64,000 nucleotides of DNA, taken from contig JBPOJQ010000003.1 of NCBI GenBank assembly GCA_052033375.1, positions 10,503 to 74,502 on the forward strand. The letters are read 5' to 3'. The position numbers were made by a program, and so were the translations under genes. Positions within the stretch are counted from its first letter, which is position 1. Each line of letters begins with the position of its first letter. Below are positions 43,383-51,837 of this stretch, one piece after another. The stretch is from Candidatus Magasanikiibacteriota bacterium. Lineage in GTDB: Bacteria; Patescibacteriota; Patescibacteriia; Magasanikbacterales; UBA922. The notes beneath the pieces are model-generated. The model was not told where the DNA came from. It saw only the letters and a list, made by a program, of their open reading frames with translations, and made no database searches.

Positions 43383-43754
43383 AACTATTTTTAACCTTTT
43401 ACCTATAGCTGTACGCGACCTGGCTAAAGCCAGGTGTCACTGCGATAGGCATGTTTTAATTAATCCACTTCCCCCTCCAATATGGAGGGTCGACCTTGCT
43501 GGCGGTGGTTTTGTGCTCGAGGGCCAAACCCGAGCATTTTTTGCCCCTAAACCATAGAGTGTATCTATGGCACTGTATGGCAATCATGGAGACGAGCATT
43601 GTACAGAAACTCATCTTGCATAATTGCCACACTGTTCTAGGGGATGGCGTTCACACAAAAACTAGATAACAATTGATACACCTTGCTTCTACTCTTTCTT
43701 TTCGAGGCAAAGTGGAAAAGGACGTACATACTACCCTTTCCACTTTGTCCCGAA

Positions 43755-44963
43755 TTATTGGGTAGAAGTTCCACTCTTTGTGGTTGTTGTATTTGGAATT
43801 GAAGTCGTCTGATTTGTTGTAGTCGTACTGACTGGAGTCGGGGCAGTCGGTGTATTTCCTGTTTGTGTATTGATTTGTTCAATGACCGTGGTCACCTGTT
43901 CTGCAAGCGCTTTCGTCGTATTGATTGCCTGGAGCAAATCAGTCTCCTTGAGTGAATCTACTGTTTTTTTCTGTTCATCTATAATCTTTACTGTGGTAAG
44001 CGCCTCTACTATTGTAGTCTGGACAGGGCTAGTCGAGCTTGAAACAGTGCTCGTACTCGCAGGAACCGATGAATTCACGATGACGGCACTAGTACTCGTA
44101 GGTTGCTCAGTTAATTTTGTCTGCGCTTTGAGTGCTTCTGCCACAATTGATTCTACCGCTTGATCGATATGATCTTTTACAATTTCTTTTTCTTCATTTG
44201 AAATTTCCAAATTTGCTTCAGTCTTCTTTTGTACTGCATCCCCCACCATCTCAAGACTTTGCTTCGTCGTCTCAGCAGCAGTCTTTTCAATTGTCTCAGA
44301 AATTCCACCTACCTCCGCACTTTCGAGTGTTTCTTTCAAAGTCTGTGAAATATCTTGTGTAGAAAGTGATACTTCTTTTACCAAATCCTCTGAATCGATG
44401 AGTGCAATTGTTTTGATACTCTCTTGAGCAGAATCTAATTTTTTCTGGAGACTATCTACTGTCTTTTCTACTAATCTGGCTTTTTTCTCACCTTCTAGAT
44501 TGGTTGTTTCGACCACCTGTTTCAATACATGCGCTTGCTTTGACGCATATGAGAGTTTGAGTGATGCCTGCTCTGATTCTGGGGCAAGAGCAAGTCTACC
44601 ATTTTCAACTACCGAGTTGAATGCGCTTTTTGCTCCCCACAACACATCTCCCGGCTCTGCATACGCACTCGCAATCCACCCGAGTGTAGTGAGCATCAGG
44701 GCAAAAGCTACTGATGTCACTGGTTTTAGAGAACGGATAAGTGACTGAGGTATAAAAATTTTTGTCCACGTACTCATGGTGTGCGCCACACGGGGAGCTT
44801 CAGTCTGAGGATCACTGGATTGCAGTGATGTGTGCCCAATCTGGGTCATCAATTGTATTCGATTACGCAAAATCCACTCGCGATCAGGATTGATCCGAGT
44901 CTCAAGTTTTTTCATTCTTTTCAATTGTGACTTGAGTTCTTTCATACAAAATAGTCTGCGCAT
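43755..44963 (-). CDS. Anti-sigma-factor-like single-pass membrane protein with an extracytoplasmic coiled-coil and a Thr/Ser-rich tail
   Basis: It follows the ECF sigma gene at a 2-nt gap. One transmembrane segment, SVAFALMLTTLGWIASAYA, then KE-rich helical repeats and a C-terminal PT/ST-rich tail. Confidence 0.45.
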   Translation of the reverse strand: MRRLFCMKELKSQLKRMKKLETRINPDREWILRNRIQLMTQIGHTSLQSSDPQTEAPRVAHTMSTWTKIFIPQSLIRSLKPVTSVAFALMLTTLGWIASAYAEPGDVLWGAKSAFNSVVENGRLALAPESEQASLKLSYASKQAHVLKQVVETTNLEGEKKARLVEKTVDSLQKKLDSAQESIKTIALIDSEDLVKEVSLSTQDISQTLKETLESAEVGGISETIEKTAAETTKQSLEMVGDAVQKKTEANLEISNEEKEIVKDHIDQAVESIVAEALKAQTKLTEQPTSTSAVIVNSSVPASTSTVSSSTSPVQTTIVEALTTVKIIDEQKKTVDSLKETDLLQAINTTKALAEQVTTVIEQINTQTGNTPTAPTPVSTTTTNQTTSIPNTTTTKSGTSTQ

Positions 44964-44965
44964 GA

Positions 44966-45577
44966 TTACTTTTTCTTTCTACCAGGGTTTACTTTACTGT
45001 GCACCGATTTTTTATCCTCAATCATTTTCTTCAAAATCTTCAACGCACGATGGAGTGTTACTCGCACAGATACCGTGCTTTTTCCTAATATATGTGCAAT
45101 CTCGCTCGTTGATAATTCTTCAATATATTTGAGTACGATAATTTCTTGGTACTCTCTTTTCATTATTTTCAAATTTCTAAGTGCCAGCTCAACCTCCTGA
45201 TCACGCATAGCCGTCTCTTCGATATTATGATCATGGGCGACTGTTTCTAATACTTCAATGGTGCACTCTTTTCGTTTTGCTCGATTTCTAAAGAAATCAA
45301 CCAAGGAAGTACGCGCGATAGTGTAGATAAGCCCACTGAAACTCTTAATCTCTTTATCAGCCTCTCTCTGAATATCAGTAAGATAGTTCCACGTTTTCAA
45401 AAATACATCACTTGCAATATCTTCTGCCTCTTCTTTGTGCGAGACTTTGAGATAGATGAATCGGTATATTTTTGAAACATACCGGTCATAAAGTTCGCCA
45501 AAAGCTTCGGTATCTTTGTGTACCCGCACTCTATAGACAAGCTTCTTTTCGTTAAATGTATTCAGTGCCTTCACCAT
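44966..45577 (-). CDS. ECF-type RNA polymerase sigma-70 factor
   Basis: Region 2: YDRYVSKIYRFIYLKV...AEDIASDVFLKTW. Region 4 HTH: ELSTSEIAHILGKSTVSVRVTLHRALKILK. Confidence 0.85.
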   Translation of the reverse strand: MVKALNTFNEKKLVYRVRVHKDTEAFGELYDRYVSKIYRFIYLKVSHKEEAEDIASDVFLKTWNYLTDIQREADKEIKSFSGLIYTIARTSLVDFFRNRAKRKECTIEVLETVAHDHNIEETAMRDQEVELALRNLKIMKREYQEIIVLKYIEELSTSEIAHILGKSTVSVRVTLHRALKILKKMIEDKKSVHSKVNPGRKKK

Positions 45578-45754
45578 AGAAGACGGAAATATTATGAAAG
45601 TGTTACAGTTGGTCGAATACTATCATCTGGAGATACCCCAGACTATAGCATAAAAATGCCAAATAATAAAGGCTTACTGTACACATATATACGGTACCGC
45701 CCAAACACCGTAACAGGGTAAAATAAGCCCAAACATAGCCTTATTTAGGCTATT

Positions 45755-45895
45755 TTGTATATACTATTGTATACATTTTTGTTATATTTGTATATACTAT
45801 TCTATACAAATAGGCATCTGAACGTGCCCCCATCAGGGGTCTACCCTTGACAAAAACCGTATAATTGGTAGTATTTGTATATACAAATCTATACT
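45755..45895. promoter_or_regulatory. Three copies of a 21-bp palindromic operator-like motif TTGTATATAC-N5-TATAC(A/T), with inverted half-sites TGTATA/TATACA
   Basis: Copies lie at 45755-45775, 45788-45808 and 45875-45895. The first two are 33 bp apart centre to centre. The third overlaps the leader or first codons of the HTH gene. Confidence 0.55.
45847..45874 (+). promoter_or_regulatory. Sigma-70-like promoter for the HTH gene
   Basis: -35 TTGACA at 45847-45852, a 16-nt spacer, and -10 TAGTAT at 45869-45874. The third operator copy lies immediately downstream. Confidence 0.45.
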
Positions 45896-46285
45896 ATGGT
45901 AATTCAACCCCCCATCTCAACACCTGACCATAAAGAGATAATCAGAGTCTCAATTTCAGAAGCAGCACGTCTTTTTGGTGTTAATCCACAGACCATACGA
46001 CGAGCTATTAGAGACCAAGAGATCACATACGTCGTAGTCGCTGGTAGATATAAGATCAATTTTGAAAGTCTGGTGAAATGGTCACAGAGGAAAACCACGG
46101 TCAAAAACAAGACTGAAAAACACGGTATCGGACAATTCGTAGACAAATGGAAGATCTCTAATACCCTCTACTCTCCGAGTAAAAAAGCAGTGACTAAGAC
46201 AACGGTAGTACCTGAATCATTACCTGCTGAGCAACAAACAGACAACGTATCTACATCCGAGATCTCAACTAATACTGAGAATTAA
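45896..46285 (+). CDS. Excisionase-family (HTH_17/MerR-like) DNA-binding protein
   Basis: RVSISEAARLFGVNPQTIRRAIRDQEITYVVVAGRYKI matches the excisionase-type HTH. The ORF-track start at 45875 is a TTG inside the operator, so ATG 45896 is preferred. Confidence 0.55.
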   Translation: MVIQPPISTPDHKEIIRVSISEAARLFGVNPQTIRRAIRDQEITYVVVAGRYKINFESLVKWSQRKTTVKNKTEKHGIGQFVDKWKISNTLYSPSKKAVTKTTVVPESLPAEQQTDNVSTSEISTNTEN

Positions 46286-46330
46286 TGCTATACTAGAAAA
46301 GGATATTCGCGTGTTCTTTTTTCAAACACA

Positions 46331-46371
46331 ATTCCTAACATATACAGATTTCATTTTCCTAATATAAACGG
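46331..46371. repeat. Inverted repeat (10-bp arms TATACAGATT, 21-nt AT-rich spacer) upstream of the GC-rich lipoprotein gene
   Basis: tatacagatt...aatctgtata, perfect arms. Confidence 0.6.
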
Positions 46372-46437
46372 AATCTGTATACGCTAGGAGACGCCTAGTC
46401 GTACGATCTTTTCAACCTACCAAAAAGGGACCCCCCC

Positions 46438-47328
46438 ATGCTTCGCTCGATGTTTCTGTGCATCTTCCTCTTCCCGTTCATGAGCTGCGACATCACCATC
46501 CCGAAAAGCGGGAAAGTGATCCGAGGAACCTATCACAGTGCCGCAGACACCACCGGCGGCGAGGACACTGCCCCAGTCGACGTGTCTACGTCGACGGAGG
46601 CTGATGGCACCTCTGTCACCACTCCCCAGGACGTCGGCACCTCGACGGCGACCGACACCACCAGTACCTCGCTCGGTGAAGACACCGCCGACTCTCATGA
46701 CACCGAGAATCCGGTACCACCGACTCTCCGCGTCTGCAGCACAGACGGGGAGTGCATCGACGAGTACCCGAACAACGGGTTCGTCTGCGACGACGACGGA
46801 CACTGCACGCACCCGTCCTTCTCCTGCGAGACCGACATCGACTGTCCTCCGGACAAAAATGTCTGCAACGGCATCAAGGTGTGCCTTGATCGAAGCTGCT
46901 ACCTGACCGAAAACCCTGACTGCGATGATGGGAATCGCTGGACAGGCGACTTCTGCAGTCCAGCAGACGGCTGTGGACACTACAACATCGAGTGCACGGA
47001 CGACCAGGGCTGCGGGGAGGACGAGTACTGCGATACCGAAAGCAGGCGTTGCGAACCGATCGGCGCATGCGATAGTCCGGACGACTGCGATGACGGAAAT
47101 GCGTGCACCTATGATCGGTGTACGCTGACCGAGTGCTCAAACATACCTATCGCATGCGCCGACTGGGATCCGGACACCATGGATGTCTGCGACCCGACGT
47201 TGATGTGCCTCTTTACCGAGGGGTGCACCACGAACGCGAACTGTGTCGACGATGACTTCTCAACCGAAGACGTCTGCGATGACGGTTTCTGCAGGCACAT
47301 CTGCAAGGACGGTGAATGCCCTCCTTGA
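46438..47328 (+). CDS. Cysteine-rich secreted lipoprotein with Myxococcus-type cysteine-rich repeats (GC-rich island 2)
   Basis: Lipobox FMSC with Asp at +2 (CDIT). Asp/Thr-rich linker. Repeated CDDGNxCTxDxC spacing: DCDDGNRWTGDFCSP, DCDDGNACTYDRCTLTEC, and others. Very GC-rich. SD AAGGGA upstream. Confidence 0.65.
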   Translation: MLRSMFLCIFLFPFMSCDITIPKSGKVIRGTYHSAADTTGGEDTAPVDVSTSTEADGTSVTTPQDVGTSTATDTTSTSLGEDTADSHDTENPVPPTLRVCSTDGECIDEYPNNGFVCDDDGHCTHPSFSCETDIDCPPDKNVCNGIKVCLDRSCYLTENPDCDDGNRWTGDFCSPADGCGHYNIECTDDQGCGEDEYCDTESRRCEPIGACDSPDDCDDGNACTYDRCTLTECSNIPIACADWDPDTMDVCDPTLMCLFTEGCTTNANCVDDDFSTEDVCDDGFCRHICKDGECPP

Positions 47329-47382
47329 GGGCGTAGTGGTGGGTGAAGACACCTAAAGAGGATCCCACTACTGGGTCATGCG

Positions 47383-47430
47383 CGCCACACCAGCGCGCAT
47401 GACCCACTTCAATCTATTTTGCAATTTGCA
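47383..47430 (+). terminator. Rho-independent terminator
   Basis: Perfect 13-bp stem gggtcatgcgcgc/gcgcgcatgaccc with a 7-nt loop, then acttcaatctattttg. Confidence 0.6.
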
Positions 47431-47557
47431 GAAATACTACCTGTTGTATATCAAAGCTATGTCCACATACTACAACACGCACTATTTCTGCGCATTGGAA
47501 AACTGAAAAGACACGGTGTTTTTTCAGACAAGACGACTCACCCAACAGAGGAACACA

Positions 47558-48285
47558 TGTGGCGCATTGCTCTTTCTTTGGTCATCATGTTACTCGTGGC
47601 CTGCGACATCACGGACGGTGAATCATACGAGTCCCTCTCGATACACAGAGAGGATGTCACAGACACATCGAGTGACGGTGTACTCCAGCCAGCAGATGAC
47701 ATCATCCTCGAACATGGGCTCATGCGTGTCGAGAAAATCGACACTGCTCTTAGCCATCTATTCACCCCCGACACCACGTCTGATTCCACATCTGATGTAC
47801 AGGCACCCGACACTGCCGTACCAGACGAAATCGAGGTACTGTTCACAGAGACTATCCCCTGTACAGAGGACTGGCACTGTGCACCTGGCAAAGAGTGCAC
47901 TCCTGATGGACTCTGCATCACACAGCTCGTGTGGATCGCTGTCATTACAGGGTCCGACGGCTCTCATCCGCCAGTACTGGACCACAGCGGAGAGGAAGTC
48001 ACACTCTGGTATGGACGTGAACCATGGACAGAGACACATCAGGTTCCCTACACAGGATGGCTCCCGCTCGCAGAACTCTGCGAGAGTGGGATTGAAATGG
48101 AACTCCGGAATCCGTCTGACGACGGGTATCCATATGGCGAAGGATGTGTGACTGATTTCAAGAATCTGACACCCTACCTATTCGCCAAGCGACTGGAGTT
48201 CACCATCCATGAGAGCGGTACTGGAGACATGTGTCCAGAGATGCTCCACATCGCTCGAGATCAACTACCCTGCGACAAGGACTGA
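47558..48285 (+). CDS. Secreted lipoprotein of the same family, with the shared C-terminal LWYG module (GC-rich)
   Basis: Lipobox LLVAC with the same CDIT continuation. SD AGAGGAA 5 nt upstream. The C-terminal VTLWYGREPWTETH aligns with KVKLWYGNHTEPETY of the 60165-60902 gene. The ORF-track start at 47419 is AT-rich leader. Confidence 0.6.
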
Positions 48286-48298
48286 CGCATCCGGAGAG

Positions 48299-48375
48299 TG
48301 ACGCACGATACACCGCGTCGCTCTCCGGCCCACACACTTTCGAACTACTCATATTGAGTGGTTTTTTGTTATAAA
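48299..48375 (+). terminator. Terminator region: a GC hairpin (14-bp arms, one mismatch) followed by an AT hairpin and a T-run
   Basis: ccggagagtgacgc...gcgtcgctctccgg, then actca-tat-tgagt ggtttttt. Confidence 0.5.
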
Positions 48376-48529
48376 AATACTTATGTATATTCTGGAGAAA
48401 CCTACGACATCGACATCACAAACTCCGCTTGGACACACGTCCATCTATCTGATGCTGATGGTTTGTCTAGTGTACACAAAAATCCACACCGAAAAGGTGT
48501 GGATGTTGCTACTATACTTTTTTTCTACA

Positions 48530-49705
48530 TTAGACTCTTACTGAAGAAAATAATGGTGATTTTTTTGCTAATATACCTCGATATACACCTTCTGTCTTTT
48601 CTACAATATGTTCCCATTCATACTTCTCATAAATAATTGCACGATTCTGCTTACCTACCTTCATTCGATCTTCTTTCTTCAATTTCATAAATTTCTCAAG
48701 TCTGGACACCAGCGAGTCTACATCATTTTCTTTGAAAAACATTCGCTCATCTCCAATAATCTCTCTATGCTCTGGAATTGAGGAAAGTAATACTGGAATT
48801 CCATGGCTCATCGCTTGAAGTACTGTAATTGGCAAACCTTCATTTATTGACGGGTGTACGAGCGCACGCGCATGCGCATAGAGCTCATTGAGTGCTTCCC
48901 CAGACTGAAAATCAGTAAAAATTACATCATTCATAGTCGCTGCCGAAATATGCAGACTCTGAACATATGAATCAGTATATGCCGCCCCACCTACGATAGC
49001 CAATTTGAGCGACTGAATTGTTTTATTCTTTCTATTTCTTTCTTTTAATTTTTTGAATGCTTCAATCAAAATATGTGCTCCCTTATGGGGTACCAATCGA
49101 GAAATCATTACTATGTATCTACCAGACGCGAGACCAAATGATGTGATATGTGATTTTGTTTTTACCTTTGATGGCATATCGACCCCATTCGATATATACG
49201 TCGTATCTACACCATACTCAACTTTCAGATACTCGTGCAAACTTTTTGACACACAAATAGTGTCGTGTGCAAACGTATATGCAGCTCTCTCACCCAATCG
49301 AAGAATCGCCCTAGCAAACCAGTTCCATTTTTGATGAAAACGATCCAGTGAATGGAGCGTGACTATTACCCGCATCCGTGGTCTGAATATTCGAGGAATC
49401 CACGCGAGAAGAGCTGGGCCAACCCCGTGATAATGGATGACATCATAGGATGCAAAAAGTGCATGCATCGTCGAAGTGAAGACATGCACAATAGTATCAA
49501 GATGTTTGGTCTTAATCGTTCTAGTATGTACACGCTGAACACCCTCGACAGTATCAGTGCCTGTGCTACCGGTATACCATTTTCTCGAGTATACGGTCAC
49601 TGTGTGTCCACGTTCAGCAAGACGAACCGAAAGATCGTGAACGTGTCTCTCAACGCCACCGTAGACTGCGGGAATACCTTTTTGACCAATCATGGCTATA
49701 CGCAT
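48530..49705 (-). CDS. Glycosyltransferase family 4
   Basis: MRIAMIGQKGIPAVYGGVERHVHDLS...GHTVTV in the N-terminal domain. C-terminal GT4 motifs LAIVGGAAY...EGLPITVLQAMSHGIPVL. Confidence 0.75.
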   Translation of the reverse strand: MRIAMIGQKGIPAVYGGVERHVHDLSVRLAERGHTVTVYSRKWYTGSTGTDTVEGVQRVHTRTIKTKHLDTIVHVFTSTMHALFASYDVIHYHGVGPALLAWIPRIFRPRMRVIVTLHSLDRFHQKWNWFARAILRLGERAAYTFAHDTICVSKSLHEYLKVEYGVDTTYISNGVDMPSKVKTKSHITSFGLASGRYIVMISRLVPHKGAHILIEAFKKLKERNRKNKTIQSLKLAIVGGAAYTDSYVQSLHISAATMNDVIFTDFQSGEALNELYAHARALVHPSINEGLPITVLQAMSHGIPVLLSSIPEHREIIGDERMFFKENDVDSLVSRLEKFMKLKKEDRMKVGKQNRAIIYEKYEWEHIVEKTEGVYRGILAKKSPLFSSVRV

Positions 49706-49854
49706 ATGCTACAGATATACACAGTTATATCGGATTAACGAACATCGTAGTATAACACAGACAAGAGCTTTTGTCAAGCATGGTTTTCTCTCTGGTATAT
49801 GATATAAAATTGCTTATTTTAGCCATTTTTTTACTTCTTCTCCCCTATACGTTC

Positions 49855-51705
49855 TTAGCGTACAGTACCACCTTTTGCACCCCCTCGCGCATCTGTGTTG
49901 AGCGATGCATCAAAAGCACCGAGCGCACGCGTGAAAGAGTAGCCGATATACGAATCCCACCCAGAAATTTCGACACTCTGTATCAAAACTGGAGTGGTGC
50001 CGCGATCAGCCTCAGTCGGTGTCAAACTAAGCTCAAAAAATACACCTGCATTCGAGTGTGCTGAAATAGTTCCCATATTCCAACGTAGTGTGCGTGTCGA
50101 TGGAGTATATACTGGTGCTGAACCTTGGGTAACACTAGTTTTTCCAGTCCACACGACTCCAGGAGACAATCGCGCAGTAAATATACCCTCAGTCACATTA
50201 CTCGTTGTGTTACGTATAGTGAATAGACCTGCATACTTGGTCTCTTTTCCCACTTCAGGAGGAAGAGGTCCTCTACCCAATTGATCCCCCTCATCCGTAT
50301 AATAACGAATTTCACCAACCAATGTGACGTCAGTACCAACTTTGATTGATTCAGGTACTGAGACCGCCTCTACTGATACTTCTGGTGCTAATAGCACATT
50401 CCCTTTAAATCGAACCGTGGGCTGAAGTACGATATTGGTACCTGCATCAGATGTGGAAATAACTGGAACTAATAAGGTGATGACTCGTGATTCTCCGGAT
50501 GGTATTGAACGCAAATTAGTGTGACGGACTGAATTAAGTGTCACGGTATTCTGAGCTATCGAGCCTGCATTTGCTCGTGCTGCTTCTGACACATTTACTG
50601 TTCCTCGTGGAAACGACACCTCAATCACTCCTCCCGACAACTCTACAGTACCTCTATTGAAAATATTCACTAATAGCCTTCCTGTCTCACCAGGTTTGAG
50701 AGATGAAATCGCTGAATCCCACGCAGTGGTTATCTGCACTTCAGGATGTCCAATTGTCATGGTTTTTTTCACGACTGATTGTGGAATCGTCTTCCCCTGC
50801 ACGATAATTGCTGGTGCAAGTTCGATTGTATACCCGGACTGTGGGAGAGTGTCTGAGATATGCAATGATCCCCGTAATGTCACCGCCACATTCGGACGTA
50901 ATTCAGATACTGACCACGCATGCTGGTCTCCCAGACCTTCAGTCGTTGAGACATGTTCTACGACTCCAATTGTCTGGAACGGTGCAAGTGGAAATACGAT
51001 ATCTCGCAATATCTCATCGCCTGTGTTGGTAAGCGTGATAGAAAAAGGAATATGTGAATCTTCAATCACCTTATCCTGGATGTCGATTGATGCATTGAGA
51101 AGTGAACCACGCAAAAATATGATATGCGGACCTACTTTTTCTTCAACATGATTCTTTCCGTCCTGTCGATATGCGATCGTTGCATGAATATGATCTTCTA
51201 CATTGGGTGTTCCATAAAATCTTCCTGCCACTGATACACTCCCTTCTTCACCCACTCCAATAGTTCGAAGATTGAATGTCTGCGTTTCACTTTCGAATTG
51301 CTCTTTCGGTTCAGCTGCACCGACAATAAAACCATCGGGCAACTCGACAGATAATCGCACATCAGCCAAACGCACACTGCTCTCATTTGTATAGTTAATG
51401 GTATATGTGACATATTCACCACTCAATACCCTATCCTTCGAAGGGACGACAGAGAGATACACCAACTCGGTCACTGTCGGATTATACGTACTCCACCCAA
51501 GCAGTGCAGCACCAATGACTATGAGTGTTGCCACCAATGACATGTCGAATAAAAATAATTTTCTTGCATGTGAAAACTGGAGATGATACCGCTTTTGATA
51601 ATGCATCTCGGCAAAATGAATTGGTGATGCTAAAAATGCGAAAAACCATCGATGTGGAGCGTGGAATAAATGGTGCTTAGTGAGATGTGTTTCAACGAAT
51701 TTCAT
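49855..51705 (-). CDS. Membrane-anchored beta-rich repeat protein (DUF11/CARDB-like), hypothetical
   Basis: N-terminal transmembrane segment LVATLIVIGAALLGW, then about 550 aa of beta-strand-rich Thr/Val/Ser repeats with no catalytic motif. Confidence 0.4.
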   Translation of the reverse strand: MKFVETHLTKHHLFHAPHRWFFAFLASPIHFAEMHYQKRYHLQFSHARKLFLFDMSLVATLIVIGAALLGWSTYNPTVTELVYLSVVPSKDRVLSGEYVTYTINYTNESSVRLADVRLSVELPDGFIVGAAEPKEQFESETQTFNLRTIGVGEEGSVSVAGRFYGTPNVEDHIHATIAYRQDGKNHVEEKVGPHIIFLRGSLLNASIDIQDKVIEDSHIPFSITLTNTGDEILRDIVFPLAPFQTIGVVEHVSTTEGLGDQHAWSVSELRPNVAVTLRGSLHISDTLPQSGYTIELAPAIIVQGKTIPQSVVKKTMTIGHPEVQITTAWDSAISSLKPGETGRLLVNIFNRGTVELSGGVIEVSFPRGTVNVSEAARANAGSIAQNTVTLNSVRHTNLRSIPSGESRVITLLVPVISTSDAGTNIVLQPTVRFKGNVLLAPEVSVEAVSVPESIKVGTDVTLVGEIRYYTDEGDQLGRGPLPPEVGKETKYAGLFTIRNTTSNVTEGIFTARLSPGVVWTGKTSVTQGSAPVYTPSTRTLRWNMGTISAHSNAGVFFELSLTPTEADRGTTPVLIQSVEISGWDSYIGYSFTRALGAFDASLNTDARGGAKGGTVR

Positions 51706-51837
51706 AGATATCTATCTCAAAACTTAAAACTCAAAATTCAAAACGAGAACTACAAATGTACAACTCCTTATTCTTCAATGTAATAATACTTGATCCAAGC
51801 ATATTTGCAACTTCTGCAAGCTCATTTTGTTTTTATT

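Noticed and set aside
45755-45895. Possible mini-CRISPR array (21-bp repeats)
   Set aside because: There are only three copies with irregular 33- and 87-bp spacing. The repeats are palindromic and AT-rich, and the third overlaps a promoter and gene start. This behaves like a transcription-factor operator, not a CRISPR array, and no cas genes are present.
46417-48151. Multiple 60-210-aa ORFs in all frames across GC island 2 (for example 46538-46906 +, 46417-46980 -, 47516-48151 +)
   Set aside because: These are stop-codon-poor alternative frames of GC-rich DNA. They are Arg/Pro/Ser-rich with no motifs, and they overlap better-supported lipoprotein genes.
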